DNA of 63,820 nt, filler included, from Sphaerodactylus townsendi (GCF_021028975.2; 3 parts of 3 records of this genome joined end to end with filler, not necessarily neighbours in it); one strand, 5' to 3'. Counted from the first letter of the whole stretch, positions 26,483 through 40,399 are shown. Numbers and translations are program-made. The notes: generated by a model from the sequence alone, not told the origin.

Positions 26483-28639
26483 CTTTAGATAATGGTCTCT
26501 ACTCCAGTAGGGGGGGGGTGTTTTTAATTTTGTGCAAACACCTTATCCAGGCCCAGAGTAGTTGCCAAACCTCCCTTTCAATCATTTTCTCCTCCCCCTC
26601 CTCCTCTGTTTTCAACAGGATTTTAAATATTTTTTCTCTTTCTCATATCAAGCTAGCAATGCAACAGAGATAAAAACTAGCATAATCAATTGGAACAGCT
26701 TTGTCAATTTTATATTGAACTGGTAAAGTAACATTAGGACAGAGAGCGATTTTAAAGCAGTAAAATACTGAGTTGCTGAAGCAATTGAAAAGAGTACTAG
26801 ATGTAATTGCAGCATGTAATCAGAGACTGCTGCAGTAATGGTCTTGAGTTACTACAGATCAAATCTGACCTAAAAATGTGGTTCTTTGTGGGGGAAGTGG
26901 GCTACGTGTTTCTGTTCTTTCAGGTAATGGTGCCTACTCCAGTTTTGAATTCCATTTTGGATTGTACTTCTCAATAGTAGAAATGGAGACTGAGACATTT
27001 TTAAATTGCTGCTTCAAAACGTAAATGCACAGTAATGCTACAGCACCTGCACAAAAGAAAAAAAAAGAGGGGGGATGTTCTGTTTTCAGTAGTAGCATTT
27101 GGAATAAATACAGCTGAAGAGATAAGGTGAGGAGGAACCCAAAACAACAGGGGGAAAGGAGGTATACAGAATGAGTTCACAGAAAATATTTCCAAGACAT
27201 AAGGTTTGATCACTGGGAAAATCTGTGGTAAACTGTGCATGTGGAAGAGGCCTCACAATGAATCCTGTTAGATGTGCAGAGGGACCAGGGTTAAGTCAGG
27301 CTTAAGCCTCATGTATGCACTGCACAGATCAGGAGGTTTGTATCAAAATGAATGCTATAAAAACATTCCCTTAAATTAACAAATAAACAAAGAAAGACAC
27401 TTTCACAATTGGAGATGGATTGATGAATGGCATGGGGGGAGGGGGGAAGCACACACATCCTAATCATCAGCAAACAATGAAGCCAGTATAAAACACGTAA
27501 CAAGAGTTCCAGCACTGCTATTACTGGTTTTTCAGTGCAAATGATTGCACTTCTCAGCATCAGGAAGCAAAATGGTTTCTGCAAAAGAAGCCCATTCAGA
27601 TAGTGTAACATTGATACTTCATGTTGCTGAGTCATGCGTTATTGTGGCTTAGGATAGAACTATAAGTTGTGTCTTAGTAAAAAGCAAGATTTGCAATCAG
27701 ATCTGGAAGCCATAACTGTCTGGTTTAGTAAGACGAATACCACAGAGCAGCCATCCTTTATACTCTGAGAAACTTTTGTCATGGGATTCCTTTTTTTAGT
27801 CTTGGCCAAGATAGATGCTCTTCAACAAGCCTGAAAAATCTCAGTGGATGACTTTCATGCCTTTCCAGAAAAACAGAACTGGCAACACCTGTCCAATGAT
27901 TATTATTCAGACCTGGAGGATGGGAGGGTTGGGGGAGATAAATACAGAGGAATATTAACACACCCTGCACAACTGATCACGGTATGCAACCAGCACACAT
28001 GCATTTTGTTCTATGTGTACACACTGGAAAGTCACAGCCAAGCAAGGATTCCTAGTTCAAAAAAATGTATTTCTTTATAACCCATCTCTGTTTTACACTG
28101 TGCATTTGGCCTTGAGCCCCAGTGACAATGTAATCAAACAGACAAGTCATTTAATAAACAGTGAAACAGGACTAAGATCACAATTCACAAGCAGAAGAAA
28201 CTATGCAAAAAATCATACATGTTATGTCAAACAATGCAAAAAACTGAATAACAAAATAGGAAAATTAAGAGCACAATTACATGCAATGACCAGTGGAATA
28301 GACTAAATTCCTCTTCCTTCCTAACAGCACTTTTCTGAACCATTCCATTAAATGCAGCACCATACACCCAACTGGAATAACCAGGCATAATAAGAGAAAT
28401 GTGAACACAGCATGTTTAAACATAACAGTTCCAGTGATGATAGGGTGGAGAAATCCTTGAAAGGTCACTACTTGACAGCAGCAGTAGTGGAAAATAACAC
28501 TGGTGAAGGATGTACCATAGACAACAAAAGCAATAGTTCTGCCAAATACTTGATAAGTATTTATTTATTTAAGTACTAAGCAGAAGGCAACACTAAACAA
28601 TTTCTGACTGACTCTTACTTTGAAAACCCTATGATGAGA

Positions 28640-30050
28640 AAATGGAACAGGTAAACACTGCAATCCTGGGAGTGAGTGAACGAAAGTGGACTGGATTAGG
28701 ACATTTTCAATCAGAAAATTACAAAGCATTTTACTTGGGGAATGACAAACACAGAAGAAATAGCATAGCTGTAATAGTGAGACAAGATGTAGAACAGGCA
28801 GTAAGGAGCTATTAGCCATTCAAATGTATGCCCCAACTACAGATGAGGAGGGGGAAGAAATTGAAAGTTTTTATGCAAGTGTCCAGAAGGAAATTCATCT
28901 CACACATAAACATGCACTGATAATCATAAGGGACTGGAATGCAGAAGTAGGAAACAAAGCAGAATCAAATACTGTTGGTAAATTTGGGCCAAGAGCATGG
29001 AATGAAGAAGGGCTGCAACTCAGAATTCTGTGAAGACAATAATTTGTTCATTGCAAACACATGTTTCTGGCAACCAGACAATCGCATATGTGAATATCAC
29101 TGGATGCTTGTTGTAGAAATCAAATAGGAAACATAATCAGAAGCAGAAGATGGAGAAGCTCTATTCTCTCTGATAAAACTAGACGAGGCGCTGACTGCAG
29201 ACCATGAATTATTAATATCTACAGACCATGAATTGCTAATATCAAAAATGAGAAGAAAGGTGAAGAAAAACAGCAAAACATTCATAATGCCAAAATACAG
29301 TTAAAACGACATTCTGGAACAGTTTAGCAGCTTAATCCAGAGCTGTCAAAGTTGGTGGGGACGGCACCACTTTGGCGTCGCTCCACCCACTCCAAAAGGC
29401 TTTCCCACAGTGCAAAAAGCCTAAAAAAGTTTTTTTAAACTCATATTTGAATCCCTCATAGCGAGGATAGAGATACATCACAAAAAGTGTGGCGTATGTC
29501 TGCTTGGGATTCTGCTGGTACATGTGGGCCAAGCGGGCTCTGGAGGGCAGGTAAGGTGGGCCCCACCCCCTGGAATGCCCCCACCACACTACTGCAGCTG
29601 GACATGTCATGAGAGTGTTGCTGCAGAGCTGGGGGCTGCAGCCAGGCATCCCAGGGTCTCACCGCAGCTAGCCACCAGTGGATTTGCCCTTCTGTCAGCG
29701 TAAGTTCCCCAAGGAGGGCAAATCTGCCAGTGTAAGCCCTTGCTGCCTCCAGAGGGGGGATTGCCCCCCCATGTTGGGTTTTCCAGACTATGTAAATAAG
29801 AGATTTGCATCTGTTATGAATCAGAAGAACTATGGGTCAAAACCAGAGATATTATCAAGAACAAAAACTATTCCTATAGCTGAAATAAATTAAAAGCCTT
29901 GGTGGATGATGGATGAAACTCTTAAAATTACTAAAGATAGATGAGAAGCAAATGTAAAAGGTGACAGAAATAGAATCAGAAGTCTGAATGCAGCATTCTA
30001 ATAACTGGCATGTAGAGACAAAAGGAGCTACTATAATAACCAGTGTGAAG
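28640..30050 (+). mobile_element. RTE LINE fragment (APE endonuclease and linker), interrupted at about 29325-29790
   Basis: IQMYAPTTDEEGEEIESFY...IIIRDWNAEVG...VGKFG; resumes with EELWVKTRDII and ...YYNNQCEE; frameshifts and stops. Confidence 0.85.
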
Positions 30051-30054
30051 AAAC

Positions 30055-30660
30055 AACGTTGAAAGTGATGCTGTTTTCGGGTGGATTATCCCCCACCCTG
30101 AAACAGCATCACTTTCAATGTTTAAACTGGGGACCTCAGATTCTCCCTTTAAATCCATGCCAAAGGGGGTGGATTTAAAAGGAGAATCTGGGGAAATTTG
30201 GTGGGTGCCTGCTGTCAGGGGTGCAATTGTTAAGCTAGCAGCACCAAAATTTCAGGGTATCTTTAGGAGACTCTCCGGATGATACCACCCAGGTTTGATG
30301 AAGTTTGGTTCATGGGGGCCAAAGTTATTGACCCTCAAAGGTGTAAACCCCCATCTTCTATTAGCTCCCATTGGAAACAATGGCGGATGGGGGCACTCCC
30401 TTTGGGAGTCCATAACTTTGAACCCCCTGAACCAAACCTCACCAAACCTGGGTGGTATCATCAGGAGAGTCTCCCAACAAATCCTTGAAATTTTGGTGCA
30501 GCTAGCCTAAAAACTGCCCACCCCTTGCAGCCAAAAACCAAAAAACCAGTTAAATTTTAAAAAACCCACCAACGGGGGGGGGGGGGTTTGGAGCTTCGGA
30601 CATGTAATGGGGGGGGGGGGGGTTGAACCCAAGGGGGAAAAACCCTTACCTACGTCCTTG
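30055..30660. mobile_element. Non-autonomous DNA transposon (same family as 43590-44793, inverted)
   Basis: Reverse-complement similarity to about 43620-44330. Confidence 0.75.
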
Positions 30661-31157
30661 GTGTGACTGTATTTCAAATTTCACATGTACTTCTACAACA
30701 GCATCGCTTTTGCCTATGTTGTAAGAGCAGAATATAAGAACTGCTACTGGCTCTGTCAAAAGAGTCGGGTACATAATTTTTTACAATGACTCGGAGGGAG
30801 GAGAGAGGCACTGCAGTTCCCCCAACCCAACGCGTCGCCTTCTGATCCGACAGCGAAAGGAGACACGCGGAACACCCACGACTCCATCTTCGTAAGATAA
30901 AGCAGTTTCCTCTTCTGCCAGTTCTATACAACCTATGGGGATGCCTGAGTTTCCGTGCAGAAGGGTTTCCGGATCGCCAAGATACGGCTCATTGGATGCA
31001 AGGGGATTCCTCTGTGCCTAGTTTCCCATTCCGGAGCAAGATCCCTAGCCATCTCTCCCAATCCCCGCCCCCTGGCACTCCTGCCGAGGCTCCTTGCGCT
31101 CAGCCACCCTTCGCTCTACCACAGCAAAATCCCAAGCAGCGCAGCACTCCCACTCAC

Positions 31158-31571
31158 CTGCTCCCGCAGCAGAATCCTGAACCAGCAGGAACTCCGAGAG
31201 AAGGCAGAAAAGAGAATACCCGTTTCTGATTGGGCAGTTCGCGTTGTCCCGCCCACCCATTCTACACGCCCCTGCGTTCCTGAGAGGTTGAGCTTGACTG
31301 TCCATCTCAGGTGAAACCCTGTCAAATCAAGCAGTCTCTCCAGACACGTGGTAAGCTGGGCGACTTCCTATTAACTAGGAACTTATTTGTAATTTGTTGC
31401 TACTAGGCGCATCTGTCGAAGATATTGCCGTTCCTTTGACTGCGGCATGCACATGCGCCGTACCACTACCCAACTTCAATTGCGCATGCGTGGGTCCAGC
31501 TGGGCTCCTGCTCCGGGCTCGAGTCGGAAGCCGTGTTGCGCATGGGTATTTAAGCCACGCTCTGGATTCTG
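31158..31571. promoter_or_regulatory. CYB561D2/NPRL2 bidirectional promoter with untranslated first exons
   Basis: CpG-rich; - strand donor CAG|gtgagt at 31158, + strand donor CTG|gtgagt at 31571; ATTGG about 31229, NRF1-type TGCGCATGCG 31481-31490, ETS CGGAAG about 31525. Confidence 0.8.
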
Positions 31572-33295
31572 GTGAGTAGCCTTTTCGTAGTGTTGTCTTT
31601 TGGCCACTTGAGGCGGATGAGCAGAGGGAAGGAGGAAATAGGTTCTTCCGGGCTGCTCATTTTGTGCTCGGGTCATATCTGCGCTTTCAGACAGAGAGAA
31701 GTGGTTCAGGCTGATGGAAGTTTTGTGCAGCTGATTGTAGACTGGTCGTCTTCTGCAACCAAACAACAGACTTCCTGTGTTATTGATGTCTTCCGTGGAG
31801 ATAAGGTGTTTTGCCAAAGGCAAAAGGTTCTTTTTGGGTCCGGAGACAATAAGCACACAGGTGGTTATGAAAGAAGAAAGTTTATTGAAGTGGGCATAGG
31901 TGAAAAGATCACATGAAGGAGATACAATACCAAGCAAGTTTCCTCAATCAGTTGCGGGAACCCCAGGAACAGCAATGAGGAAGACCCCAAGTTCTGGCCA
32001 GCACATGCAGCACTGGTTCAAATCTTAGTGATACAAGGCTTCTTATACCTTTCAATGACAAAATGCTATGTGCTTGCTGTCCAGCACTATCATTAATAAT
32101 CTTCCACAGGTGTTTTCAATGAACCAAGGCCAGCGTGTACTCCTGAAAACATTCTCCCTCATTCCAAACCCATACTATGATCACTCAACCTTGAAGATAT
32201 GCAGTGGCAAGGCGAAGAATACAAGTGAAGGAAAATAATCCTTTCCTGGTTCAGTGGGGTTCTTGAAAAGTTAGGGATATAAATGGAACAATTGTGCACA
32301 TCACTAAACTTCTCGATACAGTAGTCTTCCACAAGTTTCCCCTACAAAAGGGTACCTTGTCCTGTGCTGAGAAAAATAAATCTTTCCTTTGAGCAGGAAA
32401 GTTATAAGTAAAGGTAATGGCTTCTGTTAAAACTCTTTGTAACTGGAAACTCTTTGGACTGGAAAATCAATTGTAAACTGCAGGTCAACTCAGAATCCTA
32501 GCCAGATTTATTTCATGGTGCTTCTACCCAGGAAAGTGCACTATTACAGTTCAATTCTAAACCCAATGGGCTAAAAGTCAATGAGCTCAGAGAATTGTCC
32601 TCAGTGTTGTCTTTTGGAGTTAGGCTGCTTACGCATGTGAATCCTCTCCACAAGTCAGGATGATCAAGTAATGAGGTCCTTGCACTGAAGAAGGCAAAGC
32701 TGCCACCTGCAAGAGCCAGCTCTACCTCAGTAGGGGTTCTTGATCTGTGATGTCCTGCCAAGGTAAACAGGTCTGCATTCTTTTTAGAAAGGCAGTTAGG
32801 ACCTTTTTGTTGAGGTAGTTCTTTGAGGGTGTTCTTTAACGTTGCTCTTTATGGTATTGCCTCTTCTTTTTCAGAAATGCACTTTCTTATTTTATGGTAC
32901 GGTTGATTTGTTGTTGCTGTTTTATTTTAGACCAATGTAAACTGTTTTGGGGGCTGAATAGTTGAAAAGCAACTCGTACATGAAAATATGTAATGAATCA
33001 GTTGGAGCTCAGCCGTTTACTGTGGTTGATTGCTGGACATTAAACCTTAGTTGCTGTTGAATTGGAAGAAACAAGTTCAGATGGGCACACAATCAGTTCC
33101 TACAGACTAGGCTACAAAATGGTACACTGGCAAAAGCAGAAAGACTAACAAAGCATGCTGCAATAGATCTTCTGGTGAGTAGACTTTATCAGATAACTCA
33201 AGCAAGTGAGCCCAGCTTGTTGGTCCTTTAACATCTACAGTAATGTTAATGCCATTGTTTGAAAAGCATTATCAGTTCAGTTTTTAAAATACTCT

Positions 33296-33912
33296 GGCCG
33301 TTTCCGCACGGCCCATAAACGACGGCCTGGGGGCGGTAAAACGCCGTTTCCCTCATTGGTGGCGCAGCCCGTTAAGACAGCGCCGCCGCTTGCTGCTGCC
33401 GTTTCAGCAGCTGGGCTGACCTGACTCGGCTTCCCTCCCCAGTGGGCGGCCAGGGTCGCTTCTAAACAACAACCCTTAAAGGTTGTTGTTGGGAGGAAGC
33501 GTTTTCCGGGCGGCGCTGATGCTTAACCGCTGCCACCGAGAAGACGCTGTCTCCCACCTGGTTTCTCGATAATTGCCTCACGTTGCTTCGCCTGTGGAAA
33601 TGGTTGCCGTAGGCCCTCGCAGCCAGCCAATAATTCGTCCTCCAGGGTCCGGAGGGCGAAGCGTATGGGCCAGGACTAAGACGGCTCCAGCAGGCTTACC
33701 TACTCCAGGACATCGCGGAGTCGGACGGAGGAGCTGGAAGAGGTACGGCTCTGCGCGGTCAGCCCCGCGGCGCTCTCCTGCGGCCCGACCTCTCGTGCCT
33801 GCTACCGCACACCCTGCGCGGTGAAGCCCGAGGCTTCACCCCCACGCCTACCCAGAGACTCTCTTTGCCGTGGCGGAGTGGCCAGGTGTACGGTGGCCGT
33901 GCAGAAACGGCC
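33296..33912. mobile_element. GC-rich PIF/Harbinger-like MITE
   Basis: TIRs GGCCGTTTCCGCACGGCC / GGCCGTGCAGAAACGGCC; related copy at 36675-37096. Confidence 0.7.
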
Positions 33913-33978
33913 CCTCAGTTTAGAAGGAATGTATTTGGGAGACTCTTGTCAGTTCTGTATGTTTATTCTCTTGCAGTT

Positions 33979-34056
33979 ATGGAAGGCAACAGCAGAATTG
34001 AGTGCATCTTTTTCAGTGAATTTCACCCAACACTTGGACCTAAAATAACATACCAG
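33979..34056 (+). CDS. NPRL2: NPRL2 (GATOR1 subunit) coding exon 1
   Basis: [26 protein letters not shown]; ttgcag acceptor 2 nt before the ATG; gttagt donor. Confidence 0.96.
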
Positions 34057-35620
34057 GTTAGTGGTGCTTAAGTGTATAGGGATAAAATGGATACTTTGGC
34101 ATGGAAGTAAGTATAACTTCATTTTGTTTCAGAGACAGGTTAATATTTAATGATTTGGTCTTCTAGTAGTGCACTTGTTAAGACTGGTGAATCTTAGTTG
34201 CTCTAGTCAAATGCACTTTCATTGTGAGAATGTTAGCCGTGGGTGGGGTTTTTTTGGGTAACTTTGACTAGACTGTGCAATGAATTGCTTGTAGCATGGG
34301 TACCTCATCCCATCCCCTATCCCAGGAAGCATTTCTTTCCCAAATGTTTTCTTTTTAGCATGAAAGTACTAACTGGTGTCCTATAGTAGCTGAGTAGACT
34401 GTGATCAAGGAGGCCATTGCTGATAACCAGCGCCAGAAAAAAAGAGTAGGAAAAAAGAACAATACATGAAAATAAGCAGACCCAAAAGAGATGAACCAAA
34501 AGCTCTCTTTTTTTTGCATTTCTAAATGGCCATTTATATGTAAAATCATAATTTGCTAAAATACATATTAACTTTTTAAAAGGTCGCCTGCTACTTTTTT
34601 GTCTCACATTAATAATATTCATATGTACTCTTGGGTATAACAATATTCACACATACTTTGGTTCGAAGGCAGATTTGGTGTCATTTGTAACAACTGAAAC
34701 AATCAGCTTTGTGGGAGATCCAAACTTTTTTCCTGTGGTGTGCAGATCTGTTCTGTGAAATTGCTAGGGTTGCCAGCTGGCCTGCAGAAAAATGTCCTCA
34801 GCCTTTAATAGGGTTTTAATGGCTGATTACACATGGCGAGGTTCCCGCATCTTCAAAGAGAGTCGGTTGGAGAGCTTTTGTTTCAGGGCATGTTCTGCAT
34901 TATTACCCACTGCCCAGTTTGCAGTCAGGCAGGAATTACCCATCAGCTGCCTGTTTGCTTGTGTCCCAGGGGTGGGGCAATATTTCATGGATTCTCTATC
35001 ATGCATGCATGCTTTAACTTTTATTATAACGTTTAATTTTTATCTTTAGTCTTATCAATAGATTGATTTATTACTCTATCACTCTATCAGTAGATCAATA
35101 TATTAACATAAAAAGGTGAATTGTTGAAGAAATGTCTTGAATATGGCATCTGTACACTTTGCCCAGACACTGGTTGTCTTTTTATGGTGGGAAATGGGGG
35201 AGTAATAGTGGCATACAAACTGCAGAACTGCAAGGGCAATGGGGAAGCTTGCAAAGCAGTGTGAGGAGTGTGTGGGGGCAGGGGAGGGGGTAAGACAAGG
35301 TGGGCTGGCTATGGGGAGAGAAAAGAGGTCTGGGGCAAAGCTGTGCCCCCTGGCAAATCTGTCCTGCTCTGGATTCTTCCTGTAGCTAAATTTTCCCTTG
35401 AGCAGCAAAACATCTCCATCTATCCATGTAATGAAAATAGATTTTTATTATTCCAGCTTGCACCAGTATAGCATCATGAAGCAGAATTAGGGTTTTTTGA
35501 TGACATAAACAAGAACTGCTATATGTGAACATGCTTAAAGGTTTTGCCTGTCTGCTGCTTAGCTTGGAAACTGTCAGTCAGTATCCTGATTCTAAATTGA
35601 TCTGCAGTTGTCTTGTTTGA

Positions 35621-35722
<102 letters not shown>

Positions 35723-36674
35723 TAAGTATTACTTGTCTCAGTAAGTAGGGAAATCACTCATGAGTTAGTGTGGATCTTGTAGATGTTTTCTTTGATCATA
35801 CCCTTTCAGCAGCACTCCCCTTATCTGAGGTTGTCACCTTTCTTTAAGAGATGTGACGTAATTGAAGAGCTGTCTCTAAAGTAATTGAAGAGCTGTTTCA
35901 GAAAAGGTATAAAGAGCCATTTCCTGCACCATTGTCCCTGAACACTTAAAATTAAATCTTTCCAAGACTTTAATGAAGGCCAGGCTCTGGAAACATTTCA
36001 AGAAATAAAACACAGTAACCATCTCTGTTGTGTTTAACTGGGATATAATGAACTAGCAGCAAAGTCCATTGCAAGGAAGATGCAATGGGCCCTAGCAAAG
36101 GATCAAAGAAGAAGCATCTCCCCTGCAATGGGCTTTAGTAAGGCTGCAACATCCCTGCCCACCTCTCCCGCTCCCAGCATGACATTTACCCATTTCTGGG
36201 TCTGCGGCTCCTTGGTGGAAGAGGCTGGAGAGGTGAGGCTTGGGAGAGGTGGATTGGGGTAGGAGGAAATGGATTGACTTTAGTTGAGGAGAGACTGGAA
36301 AGGTAAGGGTTCTGGTGGGGGGAAGATTGAAAGGGAAGGCTTGGAGTGGTGGGATGCTGCCATAAAAAAAGAAACTGGGAAGGAAGCCCAATCAAAGAAT
36401 ATAAGCCTTATTTCAGCTGTGTAATATACATCACTCAGGACCAGGAGTGTAGGAGGCTTGCTGATTAATGGGAGAGCCGAAGGCATCTCTGTTGATATTG
36501 CAATGAATTATTAGAGTAAATAATGTAGCAGAGGTGCAAGTGTTCTGTATAACAAATGAAGTTGCACTAAATATAAAAACCGCAGACTCTATGTAAATGC
36601 TCAGTCTGGGTGTCTGTGCAGTCTGTACGTTACTGAGTGTCTGCCTCTCCGCTTTGGCTGGAAGAAGAAGCAGA

Positions 36675-37096
36675 GGCCGTTTCAAGATAGGCCAGTAACC
36701 CACGGCTCAGCGGTAAAACGCCGCCTCTAGGGCCGCTCTCATTATGGGCGGGCGCTGCTGAAACGTTGTTGCTCTCTAATTCGGCTGCCCTTCCCTCCCT
36801 AAAGGGTTGTTTTGAGGGAACAGCTGCCTTCCTCGGGCGGGAATTACCACGAACCTTGTCAGCAGCTCATTGGCTCAAGCCCCTCCCTCACTGTCCTCCG
36901 ACCCCTGGAGGTCGGAGGGCAGCGTGGGCGGGGCTTCGGAGGCCAGCAGGCCGACGACGGGGACAAGGTGAGTGGGAAAGGGAAGGGGGCAGAGGGGGCT
37001 CCATGTGGAGCCGCTTATCGTCTGCCGGCCTCTGCCCCCACGCCGGCAGAATTCTTGCCGGCGTGGGGGCACCTGGGGGGCCGTGCAGAAACGGCC
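36675..37096. mobile_element. PIF/Harbinger-like MITE
   Basis: TIR GGCCGTTTC...GAAACGGCC; 3-bp TSD AGA. Confidence 0.75.
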
Positions 37097-39060
37097 AGAG
37101 AGATCTTTCCAGAAGCCCATGCAATTCTGGTCATGTGACTTCAACAGTTAACTCTTGCTTGACGGAATGAAGTAGGCACTTGTAAAATCCTAACAATCTC
37201 CCATTCTTCTTCTGATTGCTGTCTGTAAGCAACTTACAGGGCTACACATGGGCAGCATAAGCTGCTGGATAGGACCGGTGAATGACATGTGCAGCACCTG
37301 CTCGTGGTCCTACTTTTTCCATCAAGTTAAGGATATGCATGCTGAAATCTGTTTCGGAATGTGCCTGTGGAAGGGAAGGAGGGAAACACACAGCTTGATC
37401 AGAGGACAGTTTGGATTTAATCAAACTGGTCAGGATTCCCTAGTCCAGGGGTAGGGAACCTGCGGCTCTCCAGATGTTCAGGAACTACAATTCCCATCAG
37501 CCTCTGTCAGCATGGCCAACCTGTTAAAGGAGAGACACAGAACAAGCACTTAAAAATCCTGAGGTCTGAATCCACAAACCCCAGTCATGGTAGATGCCAC
37601 CAGCCCCTTTGTTTACCCAAACAGCCAGAAGCCAAGGGGCAAGCTTCCAGCCTTCCTGAAATTACAGTTAAGAAAGTCATCTCTGCAAGGTAGACCACTT
37701 GCAAATTGAGTTTCACAAAAACAAATTAACATGGTAGATATAGCCATGAGGTTTTAGGACATAGTTTAGATTGAAGCCACTTAAAGACAAAACACCATAA
37801 AATAAGATTAAAGCAAATTTGTTAAAATTGTGCAAGAATACAATCAAAAGAACATTAGCCATGAAGAATAAAATAATAAAAACCTAAACCAAAGTGAACT
37901 ATCTACAGCAAAATAGCCCTAGTTTAAAAGGCAAGATTCAAAGCAAACACAAAGATGTTGCCATTTTCAACTGTAATCTTTAAACTTCGTCCAGAGCAAG
38001 AGTCGCAAGGCATCAGGGACACCTAAAACACATGTTGAAGTCCCAAATGATGAATCAACAAATCCTAATGAAAGATACCAAACAGCACAGTTTGTTAGGC
38101 TAAATCCCGAAACTTTATGGGCAGAAGATTTGAAGTGGTCTGGGCCAAATGATCAATCAAATCCATGCCTGGTGATCTAAGACAATTGTGCAACTTAGTT
38201 GCAACCCAGGTGACCTTAAGGGTTGATATGAGATCACAAGATATGATTAATTCTGCAGCCATAAACCCTTCCCTCTCATGATGACACAGCAGTAATTTCA
38301 TCAGCTTAATTAGTTGAAATGTGGCACCGTGATTCTGTGGCCTAGGCAACCTAGGGAGTCAAGTTTGAGACCATATTTTACTCCCAACACCTAGACCCTT
38401 ATCAGTTTCTAAGATCAGACCTTTGCTACAATATAAGCACACAACACCATTAAATTCTGCTGTAATATTTGAATGTAGGCCTTAAAGCCCGAATCAGTGG
38501 AACAAGAAACTTATGGCAGAACTCAGTTTCTTGACAGGATTAAGCAACGCAGCTGACTGGGTTGGTTTGTGCTTTCTGATTCTATGTGAAAGCAATGGGG
38601 TCATTGAGGGCCTGAAGCAGGGATACGTGTCTCCCAGCTTGAGTTCCAAATAGTGGCACTTGGACAGTTTTGCTCAGCATTCAGGGCTTGATTCTCAGTT
38701 CAGGTCTCCAAGGGGTGCCCTGTAGGCACTGCCTGCTCTGCAAGGCCTGGCATCTTGGGGGAAGATGATGGGCATGGCTTGTGTCCATTGTCACTCCATG
38801 GATCCCTGCAGTTCTCACCTAGGGCTCAGGTGAGCTGGCAGCACTTACTGCAGCTTGGCCTGCTCCCAGTGGACTGCTCAAGAATAACACTTCTGTCTTC
38901 CCCACCACCACCACCACCATCTCTATTTCCCAGCCCACGAATATCTTCACAGGTAGATTTTTTTTAAAGCAGGCATGGGCCAAAATGGTTGGCTAATGAA
39001 TGGAAATAATGGATGATTGATTAATTTATATTCAGCCACACAGTATTCTGTTCACTGTGA

Positions 39061-39423
<363 letters not shown>

Positions 39424-39491
39424 TGAATCTGCAGTTCAAACTTGCAGAAAGTATTACAGTGGAGCAGCATGTCTGCAGGTGGCACCTATTG

Positions 39492-39620
39492 CAGAGGTGT
39501 CCAACTCTGGTGCTTCAGATGTTCATGGACTACAATTCTCATCAGCCCCTGCTGGCATGGCAGGGATTGATGGCAATTGTAGTCCATGATCATCTGAAGT
39601 GCCAGAGTTGAACACCCCTG
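39492..39620. mobile_element. hAT/Charlie-like palindromic MITE
   Basis: Inverted arms; 8-bp TSD ACCTATTG. Confidence 0.9.
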
Positions 39621-40399
39621 ACCTATTGGGCAGTGTCTGTGACATCATTGGTGACCGACACAGCATTCCCCATATTCAAGCATGTTTAAATTGTTTTTTA
39701 AGGTTATTTTTTAACATTGGAAAATCATAAGCTCTTATTTGTCTTTACTTAATCAATATTCTTGCAGTCTGTGAAAACGAAAAAAAGTGTATGGTTGGTC
39801 CCTGTAACAGTGCTTGGAGAGACCAACAAGTCTATTCCCAAAGCATCAAGAAAATCTTCTCCCCCTTATACATTTTGACCAGGGGCAGGGCTGCCTCTCA
39901 GCACCCAATAGCTCGCTGTACCCTTCTCCCTGTCACAGGTGCCCACCCAGGGACTGCAGGACACACCACAACCAGCAGCCCACCAGCAAGAGCAGGACTT
40001 GATGAACCAGGTGTGATGTTAACTGCCTGGTGGGAAGTAAAGGGCTTGTAAACAGAAGCCAGCATCATGTCGTCTTTGATCCTGAAGGCAGCCACGCTCC
40101 TACAAGGCCAAGGTGGCCTATCCTGCAGGGGTGGCAGACAGTGGAGATGTCCACACATTTTTACCCTATCACACAACTTCTGCCAGTTTGGCATTAATGA
40201 CATAACTCATAAGGAGATCTTGCTTCCGTTGTTCTGAAAGAGACTGTATAATATGTTTGCCCATATTTCCATTGCAATAATCAGTAAACTCTGTTGTTCA
40301 GCAGTATGTGTGATTCACTCTGCCTGTTCTTCTGCTGCAGTTCATGACACAATTCTGCATATGGTTCAGAGCTGATCGTAGTCTTTTGTTCTTTTCTAG

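Noticed and set aside
31476-31937. 153-aa and 114-aa ORFs in NPRL2 intron 1
   Set aside because: Non-ATG starts, no recognisable domain, no supporting splice pattern
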